DNA from: Spirochaetales bacterium | GTDB taxonomy: Bacteria > Spirochaetota > Spirochaetia > JC444 > Marispirochaetaceae | Direction: 5' to 3' | Assembly: GCA_016935695.1 (NCBI GenBank) | Contig: JAFGQL010000173.1 | Coordinates: 1,735-65,734 of the forward strand | Length of the DNA stretch: 64,000 nucleotides | Part shown: piece after piece, positions 1 through 9,020 of the stretch | How the letters are laid out: every line of letters starts with the position of its first letter | Position numbering within the stretch: the stretch's first letter is position 1 | Translations under genes and position numbers: made by a program | Notes under the pieces: model-generated | Told to the model about the DNA's origin: nothing | What the model saw: only the letters and a program-made list of their open reading frames with translations | Database searches by the model: none

Positions 1-456
1 CATGAGTTCACCGAGATGCCGGCTGTCAAAGAAACCGACCGAGAGCAGCTGAAAACGGTGAAAGATATCTGTACGCAGCTGCCGAATGGCGCGCTGGGAC
101 ACACCGATCATGATCCATTCCTGAATAAGGCTCAGGATGGTTACTGCCAGGTATATTCCAGCAAGGGCAAGGACAGTGGTTCTGAGTACATGATAATCAA
201 TACCGCTCATAATCCCCTTGTCGATAGCGATGCCGATCAGGGTGGGGCCGAGGATGTTTAATATGGTTGTAGCGAGTACTGTGCTTACCGCAAGTACAAG
301 CCCGGTTTTTTCCGCTTTTAAGTACTTCCAGAGGCGAATGAGGGTTTCTTTGGTGTCTTTCGGTTTTTCTACAGGCCCCCGAAGATGGCCGGAGGGGCCG
401 CCGTGTCCGGTTCCAGGTCCGCGGTGCAGGCTGACTGCAGGAGCTGCGGTTTTCAT
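1..456 (-). CDS. ABC exporter permease/ATP-binding subunit, N-terminal part (gene runs off the left edge)
   Basis: Absent from the ORF track because it is open at the window edge. My translation of the minus strand from the ATG (complement of 454-456) reads MKTAAPAVSLHRGPG...KETLIRLWKYLKAEKTGLVLAVSTVL...FHRFQLLSVGFFDSRHLGELM. This is a typical type-I ABC exporter TMD N-terminus. The start overlaps the stop of the upstream ABC gene (ATGA, 453-456). Confidence 0.8.
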   Translation of the reverse strand, partial: MKTAAPAVSLHRGPGTGHGGPSGHLRGPVEKPKDTKETLIRLWKYLKAEKTGLVLAVSTVLATTILNILGPTLIGIAIDKGIMSGIDYHVLRTTVLALAGIYLAVTILSLIQEWIMIGVSQRAIRQLRTDIFHRFQLLSVGFFDSRHLGELM

Positions 457-2243
457 CTCCGGCCTCCCTGAGCGGGAAGCGGTCCTGCGCCGGTGTCTAT
501 CTGCGACTGATAAATATCCCGGTATATAGCATTTTTGTCCATGAGTTCCTGGTGAGTGCCCATTCCTGAAATCATTCCGTCGTCCAGCACCAGAATAGTA
601 TCGGCATTCATTACGCTGGAAATCCGCTGGGCTATAATGATTATTGTCGGGGCAGAATCATGGTCTGTCAGTTCGCCAAGTCTGGACAATGATGTAAGGA
701 TGCGGCGTTCTGTTGTCGTGTCGACCGCGCTGGTGGCGTCGTCGAGGATCAGAACTGCAGGTTTTTTTGCCAGGGCCCGGGCGATGGCTATCCGCTGCTT
801 CTGGCCGCCGGACAGGTTGACACCACGTTGGTTGAGGTCTGATTCGTAGCCGGCCGGCAGCGTTTCTATGAACCCGGCGATATCCGCCGCTTTGGCACAT
901 GCCTTCATGAGAAGGTCAAGGTCAGGGTCATGTACCCGTTCACCTTCATAATGGTAAAGAATGTTTTCCCGCACCGTTCCTGAGAAAAGAGTTGTTTGCT
1001 GGGGCGCAATGGCAATGTGTTTTCTGAGAACGTCGAGAGGCAGATCTTTTATGTCGATGTTGTCCAGGAATACGCCGCCGCTGCTGCATTCGTAAAACCG
1101 CGGAATGAGATTCGCCAGGCTCGATTTCCCCGAACCTGTTGCACCGATGACGGCAAAGGTTTTTTCCGGTGCTATGTTGAATGATAGGTCCTTTAATACG
1201 GAATCCGCATGGTGACTGTAGGAAAAGGTGACGATTTCGAAGCGCAGGGCGCCGGTTAAGGGCCGGCCGGGAGAAACAGCATTTGCAGGATCCATTATAT
1301 CGGGATTGCTGGTGAGTATTTCCTGTACCCTTTCCGAAGAAGCCTGGGCTCTGGAGAAGCGCATCAGGAGATTGGAAAACATCATGAGAGAAAACAAAAG
1401 CTGCCGCAGATAGTTCAGAAAGGCGATGAGCTGTCCGACTTTTAACACTTTCAGGTCTATATAACGGGCACCGAACCACAAAACAATAATGATACCCGCG
1501 TTCATTATGAACTGCATGACCGGATGCATGAATGCTATAGCCCGGGATGCCTTCATCATGGTTCTCATGAGCTCCTGGTTGGCACCTGTAAACTTTTCTT
1601 CCTCGTATTCTTCCCGAACAAATGCCTTCACGAGTCTCTTCCCCGCAAGGTTTTCCCTTAGACGGTTGTTAAGATGATCGAGCCTGGACTGTACCTTATA
1701 AAACAGAGGGTATGCCTTTTTGAAAATGATGACCAGTGAAAAAAGAAGCGCAGGGATAAGCACAAGGAATGAGAGGGAGAGTGAGGGGCTGATGAGCAGA
1801 GCCATTACCAGGCTGCCGACTATCTGTAGCGGCGCGCGTATCATGATGCGGAGCATCATGCGGGAAACATCCTCCAGCTGGGACACATCGTTCGTGAGAC
1901 GGGTGATGAGATTCCCTGTTTCCAGACTGTCCAGGTTTTTGTGTGAAAGACGAATTGTTTTTTCAAACAGGTCTCTGCGGAGATCGGCTCCCAGGCCTGT
2001 AGACGCGTAGGCGGCCATTACCGAACAGCCCCCTCCCCCGATGAATGCCACAACGGTAACGGCGAGCATCTGAAGCCCAAGGGCCAGTACCAGCTCCATA
2101 TTACGGGCCGCGATGCCGTCGTCGATGATCCGCGCCATGATGGCAGGAAGTGTCAGATCCATGAAGACTTCCAGCATCATAAGCAGCGGTGCGGCGAGGG
2201 CAAAAGGCCAGTAACGGCGCAGGTAGCTGAGGATAGTGCCCAT
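453..2243 (-). CDS. ABC exporter, fused permease/ATP-binding subunit (one half of a heterodimeric pair)
   Basis: 596-aa ORF with an N-terminal multi-helix TMD followed by an NBD. Walker A GATGSGKSS, ABC signature LSGGQKQR, Walker B VLILDDATSAVD. A second exporter gene follows with a 4-nt overlap. Confidence 0.9.
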   Translation of the reverse strand: MGTILSYLRRYWPFALAAPLLMMLEVFMDLTLPAIMARIIDDGIAARNMELVLALGLQMLAVTVVAFIGGGGCSVMAAYASTGLGADLRRDLFEKTIRLSHKNLDSLETGNLITRLTNDVSQLEDVSRMMLRIMIRAPLQIVGSLVMALLISPSLSLSFLVLIPALLFSLVIIFKKAYPLFYKVQSRLDHLNNRLRENLAGKRLVKAFVREEYEEEKFTGANQELMRTMMKASRAIAFMHPVMQFIMNAGIIIVLWFGARYIDLKVLKVGQLIAFLNYLRQLLFSLMMFSNLLMRFSRAQASSERVQEILTSNPDIMDPANAVSPGRPLTGALRFEIVTFSYSHHADSVLKDLSFNIAPEKTFAVIGATGSGKSSLANLIPRFYECSSGGVFLDNIDIKDLPLDVLRKHIAIAPQQTTLFSGTVRENILYHYEGERVHDPDLDLLMKACAKAADIAGFIETLPAGYESDLNQRGVNLSGGQKQRIAIARALAKKPAVLILDDATSAVDTTTERRILTSLSRLGELTDHDSAPTIIIIAQRISSVMNADTILVLDDGMISGMGTHQELMDKNAIYRDIYQSQIDTGAGPLPAQGGRR

Positions 2244-2252
2244 GCTTTCCCG

Positions 2253-3500
2253 CTAATTGAAATTCTTAAGAATCTTTTTTGCCAGGTCTTCCACCAGCAT
2301 TTTTTCCGCTTCCGCCAGGAGTTCCACAAACGATTTGTCTTCTGTTGTATAGGTATTCAAGAGCCGTTTTTCCTCCGAGCTGAGAACCTCTTCGTCTCCT
2401 TCCAGCTCAACCCATTCCAGGACGAATTCTGCGCGGACATCCGATGTATCGCTGTCGATGATTTCGGAATTATTTATGTTTACGATTTTATAGGCGGCGC
2501 GTATGGCCACCGAGCTTGACCGGGTAAACCTGTATACCGTACCGGTAACCGGTTTTTTGTGATTATCGTAGTTGTCATATTCAGGATCGTTTTTGTCGAG
2601 GTTTACAACCTTGTCACGGTCGCTTTTCGTGGTAACCGTGTCCGGTTCATCATAATCCACGGCATTAATGGAATAGGTTACGAGGGTGTCGGCATTGGTG
2701 AGCTCGCCGATGGTCATGAAGGTATCGCTCGAGGTAAGGCCTGTAAGGACAAGCTGCTGCTGTTTAAGGATCAGGTCGAGATTGTCCCTGTCTACAAGCT
2801 TCATGAACTTTTTCTTTTTTGTGCCTTGAAACAGGTCGGCCTGAAGGTCATTGTAGACCGTTTCATCCAGAGGCCAGTGGCGGTACATCCGGTAGTAGGA
2901 CTGCTCAGGTAAAAGCAAAACGATGTCGGACGCGGCATTTGTCAGATTGTTGATCATGTCTTTTGAGTTTTTGTAATTGTTTACATAGGCCAGTGCTTTT
3001 TCGAAACGGAATATCGCGCTTCTCAGCTGTTCCTTGTTGTCGCCGGAGGAAAGGGACATCCCTGCGCGGTATTGTTCTTCCGCGGCCTTTTCCTTTGCCT
3101 GGGCGTATTCTGTCGTGTAATATGTGGTCTGAAGAGTAATTTCCCGCTTTTGCTTTTTATGGTACAGCACGGGCAGACCTGAATAACGGTCGTTAAGCTG
3201 ATGGATTTTTGCGTAAGTGTCTGCAATAGTCGACCACTTGAACTCGTCATTTCCGGACCGGGCCTCATCAATATCTGCGGAAAGCCTGTCCATAGCCAGG
3301 GGGAACACCTTTTTCAACAGCAGCATTGCATCCTGATTTTTATGGTTGGCCTGCAACGAAGAAAGAACAAGATCGGCTGCTTCTACATGGTTGCCTCTCT
3401 GAAACTGTTCATCGGCCTGTTTGTAGTACCGGGTTGAAGCGCAGGACACTGTTAAGAGTGCCGCCGCCGCGAACAGCATAATGTGCTGGATTTTTTTCAT
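2253..3500 (-). CDS. lipoprotein, helical/TPR-like N-part and CsgG/LpoB/FlgO-like C-terminal module
   Basis: The track ORF is 2253-3548. I prefer the second ATG of ATGATG (3500) because AAGGAG (complement of 3507-3512) lies 6 nt upstream. MKKIQHIMLFAAAALLTVSC is a signal peptide plus lipobox Cys. The C-terminal motif is LVDRDNLDLILKQQQLVLTGL...IGELTNADTLV. Confidence 0.6.
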   Translation of the reverse strand: MKKIQHIMLFAAAALLTVSCASTRYYKQADEQFQRGNHVEAADLVLSSLQANHKNQDAMLLLKKVFPLAMDRLSADIDEARSGNDEFKWSTIADTYAKIHQLNDRYSGLPVLYHKKQKREITLQTTYYTTEYAQAKEKAAEEQYRAGMSLSSGDNKEQLRSAIFRFEKALAYVNNYKNSKDMINNLTNAASDIVLLLPEQSYYRMYRHWPLDETVYNDLQADLFQGTKKKKFMKLVDRDNLDLILKQQQLVLTGLTSSDTFMTIGELTNADTLVTYSINAVDYDEPDTVTTKSDRDKVVNLDKNDPEYDNYDNHKKPVTGTVYRFTRSSSVAIRAAYKIVNINNSEIIDSDTSDVRAEFVLEWVELEGDEEVLSSEEKRLLNTYTTEDKSFVELLAEAEKMLVEDLAKKILKNFN

Positions 3501-3537
3501 CATATTCTCCTTCTGTCTTGGTATGTGTCCGGGCTCA

Positions 3538-4161
3538 TCATTGATCAAACCTTATGCCAAGGTAGCCCAGAAATGACTGTGCCTCGGGCAGATCAAACAC
3601 GGCTCCTTTCAACTTGTTGCCGAACGGGTCAATTGTATAATTTTTAGCCTCCAGGAACACTGATTTTTCCAGGTTTGTTTTCTCGAACAAAACCGTATCG
3701 AATACACTGCCCTTAAAGGAGGCTTCTTTCAGATTGCAGTGAATGAAGTCTGTGTTCCTAATGGTGCACCCTTCTATGATGCACTTATGTAAATTGTTTT
3801 CGAAAAACATATTGCTGTCCAGTATGGATTCGCGGAATTCCGGTGAAAACGCGAAAGATGAACAATCGGTAAATTTAAGACCAATTATCCGGCACCGTAA
3901 GAACGCCGCTCCGTTGAGGGTGGTATGTTTCATTTCGCACAGGGTAAAAGAGCAGGCCTCGAAGGTGCAGGAAATGAACGACGTTTCTTTCAGGGATACA
4001 TGGTTGAATGAACAGGAGATAAATATGCAGTCCTCAAAGCTGTGGGATTCCAGCATCAGAGAATCAAAATACACCTTATCGAATTCGAGGCATTCGTGGT
4101 AATCATTTGAGTTAAGCGTCTGTTCAGCGAATGTTTGATCAGCAGTTTCATGATGAACCAT
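3538..4161 (-). CDS. pentapeptide-repeat protein, Qnr/MfpA/McbG-like size and layout
   Basis: The 207-aa product is nearly all pentapeptide repeats (SFEDCIFISCSFNHVSLKETSFISCTFEACSFTLCEMKHTTLNGAAFLRCRIIGLKFTDCS...). The C-terminal tail LPEAQSFLGYLGIRFDQ resembles the Qnr dimerisation tail. The gene is more AT-rich than its neighbours. Confidence 0.8.
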   Translation of the reverse strand: MVHHETADQTFAEQTLNSNDYHECLEFDKVYFDSLMLESHSFEDCIFISCSFNHVSLKETSFISCTFEACSFTLCEMKHTTLNGAAFLRCRIIGLKFTDCSSFAFSPEFRESILDSNMFFENNLHKCIIEGCTIRNTDFIHCNLKEASFKGSVFDTVLFEKTNLEKSVFLEAKNYTIDPFGNKLKGAVFDLPEAQSFLGYLGIRFDQ

Positions 4162-4334
4162 ATAGGTGCATCATAGATCGCAGGCAGGGATTATGCAAAT
4201 ACAGAAAAGTCATTTTTTACCGTACTGGACATTTTACCCGTGTTCCTCTACCCTTTTGCGGTGAGGTCCGCTGTAAATGACATGTTTTTGCGGACAGAAC
4301 CCATGAACCCTTTATTACATTACAGGATAGCTAC

Positions 4335-6560
4335 ATGAATCCCAGGATTGTCTACACCATTACCGATGAAGCGCCTATGCTTGCCACTTACTCGTTTCTG
4401 CCTGTTGTCAGGGCATTTACCAGAGCCGCCGGCATTGATATTGACGCGGCGGATATTTCCCTTGCGGCCCGTATTCTTGCTGCGTTTCCGGATGTTCTGG
4501 ATGAGTCCCGCCGCCGCCCCGATATCCTGAAGGTTTTAGGTGAGCTGGTTTTGAACCCGGACGCCAATGTGATCAAGCTGCCGAATATCAGTGCATCGGT
4601 TCCCCAGCTGAAAGCGGCGATCAGGGAGCTGCAGCAGAAAGGGTTTGCCCTTCCTGATTATCCGGAGGATCCGGCGGACGATGTGCAGAAAGGGATTAAA
4701 GCCCGGTATGATAAAGTGAAGGGCAGCGCCGTTAATCCGGTCATACGCGAAGGCAATTCCGACCGTCGCGCCGCCGCGGCGGTAAAGGCCTACGCGAAAA
4801 ATCATCCCCATTCCATGGGGGCCTGGTCCGCTGATTCCAAAAGCCATGTAGCGGCCATGACTGAAGGCGATTTCTACGGAAGCGAAAGATCCCTCACTTT
4901 GGGGGGGCCTTCCAGAGCCCGCATTGAGTTTGTTTCGGAATCTGGGGAAATTGAGGTGTTGAAAGGGGAGCTTTCCCTTGAGGCCGGGGAAATTCTTGAC
5001 AGCGCGGTCATGGACCGTCAAAAACTCGAAATTTTTTTTGAAAAGGAGATCGCCGACGCGAAAGAGCGGGATGTTCTTTTTTCTCTTCACATGAAGGCCA
5101 CGATGATGAAGGTTTCAGACCCTGTTATTTTCGGGTCCTGTGTGTCGGTATTTTACAAGGCCGTGTTTGAGGCCTTCGGCGAGGAGCTTGCCTCTGCAGG
5201 CGTTGATCCTGCAAACGGGTTCGGTGACGTGGTGTCAAAAATCGAGGCCCTTCCTGCCGAGGTGAAGTCCCGCATTAACGATGCGATACATGCGGTATAT
5301 AATCAGCAGCCTGCCCTGGCCATGGTAAACAGCGACAAGGGTATTACCAATCTTCATGTGCCTTCAGATGTGATAATTGATGCCTCGATGCCTGCGGCGA
5401 TCCGTAATTCAGGACAGATGTGGGGACCTGACGGAAAACAGAAAGACACCAAGTTTGTAATTCCCGACCGCTGTTACGCAGGGGTGTACGCGGCGGCCAT
5501 TGAATACTGCAAGGAGCACGGGGCTTTTGATCCGGCTACCATGGGCAGTGTTTCAAATGTTGGTCTCATGGCGCGTCAGGCAGAGGAATACGGTTCCCAC
5601 GACAAGACATTCATCATGAAGGACAGAGGTACAGTACGGATAATTGATGAAGGCGGGCTTGTGCTTCTTGAGCAGAAGGTGTCGCCCCGGGATATTTTCC
5701 GGGCCTGTCAGGTGAAGGACGCACCTGTGAAGGACTGGATAGGCCTGGCGGTAAAACGGGCACGGGCTACCGGGGTGCCGGCGGTGTTCTGGCTGGATGA
5801 CCGTCGGGCGCATGACCGGGAACTCATCAAAAAGGTGGAACTGTACCTGCCGGAATTTGATACCCACGGCCTGGAAATTCTCATCATGACCCCGATAGAG
5901 GCGACTACCTACTCTCTTGAGCGCAGCAGGAAAGGACTGGACACCATATCGGTTACCGGTAATGTACTCCGGGATTACCTCACTGATTTGTTTCCCATCC
6001 TTGAGCTGGGAACAAGCGCGAAAATGCTTTCCATTGTGCCCCTGATGAACGGCGGCGGTTTGTTTGAAACAGGAGCCGGCGGGTCCGCGCCCAAACATGT
6101 TCAGCAGTTTTTGCAGGAGGGGCATTTACGGTGGGATTCTTTAGGCGAATATCTGGCTCTGGCAGTGTCTCTGGAACACTTGTCGGAAAAATACGGTAAT
6201 ACAAAGGCTCTGGTGCTGGCGAAAGCCCTCGACAGGGGAACCGGCCGTTATTTAGAGGACAACAGATCCCCTTCGCGGAAAGTTGGTGAACTTGACAACC
6301 GTGGCAGCCATTTTTACCTGACTCTGTATTGGGCCTCCGAACTCGCCGCCCAGACTGATGACCGGGAATTACAGCAGCTGTTTAAGCCTGTGGCGTCTGC
6401 CCTTGCTGCCCAGGAAATGGAAATAATGAAGGAACTGAACGCGGCTCAAGGTTCGGCGGTGGACATCGGGGGGTATTATTGCCCGAGCGGGGAACGCGTG
6501 TCGGAAGCCATGCGGCCTAGTTCCATATTTAACAGGATCATCGATTCTTTAGTGCTGTAA
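4335..6560 (+). CDS. icd: NADP-dependent isocitrate dehydrogenase, monomeric type
   Basis: 741 aa, the characteristic length of monomeric IDH. The N-terminus [24 protein letters not shown] matches the family signature as I know it. Confidence 0.92.
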   Translation: MNPRIVYTITDEAPMLATYSFLPVVRAFTRAAGIDIDAADISLAARILAAFPDVLDESRRRPDILKVLGELVLNPDANVIKLPNISASVPQLKAAIRELQQKGFALPDYPEDPADDVQKGIKARYDKVKGSAVNPVIREGNSDRRAAAAVKAYAKNHPHSMGAWSADSKSHVAAMTEGDFYGSERSLTLGGPSRARIEFVSESGEIEVLKGELSLEAGEILDSAVMDRQKLEIFFEKEIADAKERDVLFSLHMKATMMKVSDPVIFGSCVSVFYKAVFEAFGEELASAGVDPANGFGDVVSKIEALPAEVKSRINDAIHAVYNQQPALAMVNSDKGITNLHVPSDVIIDASMPAAIRNSGQMWGPDGKQKDTKFVIPDRCYAGVYAAAIEYCKEHGAFDPATMGSVSNVGLMARQAEEYGSHDKTFIMKDRGTVRIIDEGGLVLLEQKVSPRDIFRACQVKDAPVKDWIGLAVKRARATGVPAVFWLDDRRAHDRELIKKVELYLPEFDTHGLEILIMTPIEATTYSLERSRKGLDTISVTGNVLRDYLTDLFPILELGTSAKMLSIVPLMNGGGLFETGAGGSAPKHVQQFLQEGHLRWDSLGEYLALAVSLEHLSEKYGNTKALVLAKALDRGTGRYLEDNRSPSRKVGELDNRGSHFYLTLYWASELAAQTDDRELQQLFKPVASALAAQEMEIMKELNAAQGSAVDIGGYYCPSGERVSEAMRPSSIFNRIIDSLVL

Positions 6561-6603
6561 AGAGCTGTGGCGGAGTAAAAAAGCTTGCACGCCGGCATTC
6601 TTT

Positions 6604-7485
6604 ATGCACTATACTGGTATGAGGAATATGGCTGATACAAAAAAACGCATAACCGCAAAAAGTTTTGCCAAATCACTCAAAATTGCCCTTATTTACGCGT
6701 TCGTGGGGTGTCTGTGGATACTGTTAAGCGACAAGGTCCTTCTGTTTTTTGCCCGGGAAACCGGTCATTATGCCTTTGCTCAGACCATAAAGGGATGGTT
6801 GTATGTCGCGGCGAGCGCGGTCCTCATCCTTTTTCTTGTTTTCAGTGATCTTAAAAAAAGCGACGCCCTCGCACAGGAAAATGAAATTCTGCTGCGTGAG
6901 CTTAATCACCGCATAAAAAACAATCTTCAGATGGTGCTCAGTCTTCTGAATCTGCATGGACGGAAAAGCGAGTTTTCAAAGGAAACCAGGGATCTTATCG
7001 CCGCAGTCCAGTCCCAGGTACAGGCGATTTCTCTTGTCCATCAGAAAATACTGGGCAGCGCCGAGTCTCCCTGGGTTCAGCTGGATGTGTACCTGAGCGA
7101 ACTTATGGAGGATCTGCGGCAGATACATGCCGCCCTTGCTGCTTCGGTAGAAATACAGGTGTCGGTTATTCCTGTTGAGGTTCCTCTGGACACGGTTACA
7201 TCCATCGGCATGATTGTAAGCGAAATAATTACCAACAGTATGAAACACGGTTTTTCCGGTAAATCCGGCGGTATAATCACCCTTGAGGCACACACTCTTG
7301 AGGCGGGAAAAGAGCTTGAAGTAATTGTGAGCGACAACGGTGTCGGTGCCGGTCCGGCCAATGAAGATGACACTGGCCTTGGTTTCACCCTGATAAAGGT
7401 CCTTGTCGACCAGCTTGGGGGGTCCCTTTCCATTGACGGACAGAACGGGATGACCGTATGTTTCCGTGTACCCCTCAATGCCTGA
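6604..7485 (+). CDS. sensor histidine kinase, HisKA_2 type, membrane-anchored, orphan
   Basis: Two N-terminal TM helices. H-box ELNHRIKNNLQMVLSLLNLH (HisKA_2 style). HATPase_c G-boxes (VSDNGVGAG, TGLGFTLI). No response regulator is adjacent. Confidence 0.85.
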   Translation: MHYTGMRNMADTKKRITAKSFAKSLKIALIYAFVGCLWILLSDKVLLFFARETGHYAFAQTIKGWLYVAASAVLILFLVFSDLKKSDALAQENEILLRELNHRIKNNLQMVLSLLNLHGRKSEFSKETRDLIAAVQSQVQAISLVHQKILGSAESPWVQLDVYLSELMEDLRQIHAALAASVEIQVSVIPVEVPLDTVTSIGMIVSEIITNSMKHGFSGKSGGIITLEAHTLEAGKELEVIVSDNGVGAGPANEDDTGLGFTLIKVLVDQLGGSLSIDGQNGMTVCFRVPLNA

Positions 7486-7489
7486 CCCT

Positions 7490-7980
7490 TTACCGGGGAA
7501 ACGGGGAGCTGTGTACTCCCAGGGCGGATAGACGTTTTCTGTGCCCCGCCAGCCGTTTCAGAACGCCGTCATAGTCTTTCTGTCGAGGGTCCAGCCACAA
7601 TGTTTCTGCAAAGGCGCACAGCCGGGATAAGCGGCCGTATCGAGTTTCTCCTTCGAGGTGATGTACTCGCTCCAGTGCTGGGCATGGGATCGTGGTCATA
7701 GACTTTGTTAATCCGGGTAAGCCCCCCGATAGCCAGGACTGTTTTCTGTTCTTCCATGTCCTGATAGTGGTCGCGCGTATTCCTTCGCTATCGGGCTTGT
7801 CTGATGTGGTGCATGTGAAACCGGAAGCGGAAAGGTACCGGGCAAGGAGCCGCCCTTCGGCATGTCATGATCTGAGGGGCACAAAAGGTGTACAGACGGT
7901 CCCAGGCTGATGCCGCCTCGGGTTATCCTGATTGAATCCGGTTTTGGGACCAGTGTGTCGGGGCTGCTCACCATCATGAT
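7490..7980 (-). pseudogene. remnant of a GH20 beta-N-acetylhexosaminidase (C-terminal end only, frameshifted)
   Basis: There is no intact ORF. Three successive minus-strand frames read EEQKTVLAIGGLTRINKVYDHDP / HAQHWSEYITSKEKLDTAAYPG / RLSRLCAFAETLWLDPRQKDYDGVLKRLAGHRKRLSALGV. Joined, they reproduce the conserved GH20 C-terminal pattern. Confidence 0.55.
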
Positions 7981-7985
7981 GGTGA

Positions 7986-9020
7986 TTATACTTCTGTGTC
8001 GGCGGGATCGAAAGGGGAAAGATCAAGGAATTTCTGTATTGTATCTACGGCGGCGATCCCGTCCTGGAAGGCTGAACGGCTGGGTCGGTCCGGGTGATCA
8101 AAGAGGTCCACTGCATGGGCCATCATGTTCTTGAAATAACCGGTGGTGCTGAATGTCCGCGGCGTTCCAAAAAGGCCGGTACGCGCAGGCATCAAGGACC
8201 TGAAATTTTCATAATAGGGCGACGGTCTGCTGACCCATTCTTCGAACACGCCGTTTCCGATCCGGATGCGGCCCTGTTCAAAACTCAAATCCAGTTCGAA
8301 CTCCAGATAGTCACGGAAGGGCGAACATTCCAGGTATACCAGGCAGCTGCCGTCTGCCCGGTTTATGGTGCCTGCCAGCAGCAGATTCTGCTCATTGGAC
8401 CAGGGGTTTCCGTGGATGCCCATGGGCAGGATGTCCCCTCCCGAAAGGCAGCGGATGATGTCGATCATGTGGGTGCCGTCGTGCCACAGTACGTCTCTTG
8501 GTTTTTTTGTCCGGCCCAGGAACAAGGTTCCGCGGATGCTGGCAAGTCGCCCGTACCGTAAAGATTCCACACAGGATCGGGCATACATGTAGTCGGCCGA
8601 AAAGCGCCGTTCATGGTTGACGATGATCCGGCTTGAGGAATGTTCAATGAAAGGGAGAGCTTCCCGGGCAGCCTGAACCGTTTCGGCGACGGGTTTTTCC
8701 AGGACAATGACCGGAACCTCATGATTGAGCGCGCTGAGCAGGTTCGGAATATGGGTATCGGTTGTAGAGGCAATATGAAGGATATCCGGACGCAGGCAGG
8801 ACAGCATGTCGTCTGTGCTGGTAAAAAGCCGATCATCGGGAATCCGCCATTGTCTTCCGAATGAAGCCAGACGCTCTTCGTCCGGATCGGCACCGGCGAC
8901 GATAACCGTACGTTTTCCACGGGCTGCCGCCCCCGCGTGGGTTGCGGGTTTTTCCCGTTTGCGGTCATTTTCCAAAAGAGAGCCGATGCGCCCTGTTCCC
9001 GCGATGGCACAGCGGATCAC
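7986..9020 (-). CDS. Gfo/Idh/MocA family oxidoreductase
   Basis: Rossmann N-terminus (V)IRCAIAGTGRIGSLL. The track ORF extends to 9107, but that would overlap the upstream GGDEF gene by 91 nt. A GTG at the complement of 9018-9020 gives a GTGA start/stop overlap and a normal N-terminus. Confidence 0.8.
   Translation of the reverse strand: MIRCAIAGTGRIGSLLENDRKREKPATHAGAAARGKRTVIVAGADPDEERLASFGRQWRIPDDRLFTSTDDMLSCLRPDILHIASTTDTHIPNLLSALNHEVPVIVLEKPVAETVQAAREALPFIEHSSSRIIVNHERRFSADYMYARSCVESLRYGRLASIRGTLFLGRTKKPRDVLWHDGTHMIDIIRCLSGGDILPMGIHGNPWSNEQNLLLAGTINRADGSCLVYLECSPFRDYLEFELDLSFEQGRIRIGNGVFEEWVSRPSPYYENFRSLMPARTGLFGTPRTFSTTGYFKNMMAHAVDLFDHPDRPSRSAFQDGIAAVDTIQKFLDLSPFDPADTEV

Noticed and set aside
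16-529. Plus-strand ORFs 16-261 and 218-529 at the left edge.
   Set aside because: They lie antisense to a clearly recognisable ABC exporter N-terminus that is open at the window edge (minus strand 1-456) and to the end of the 453-2243 gene.
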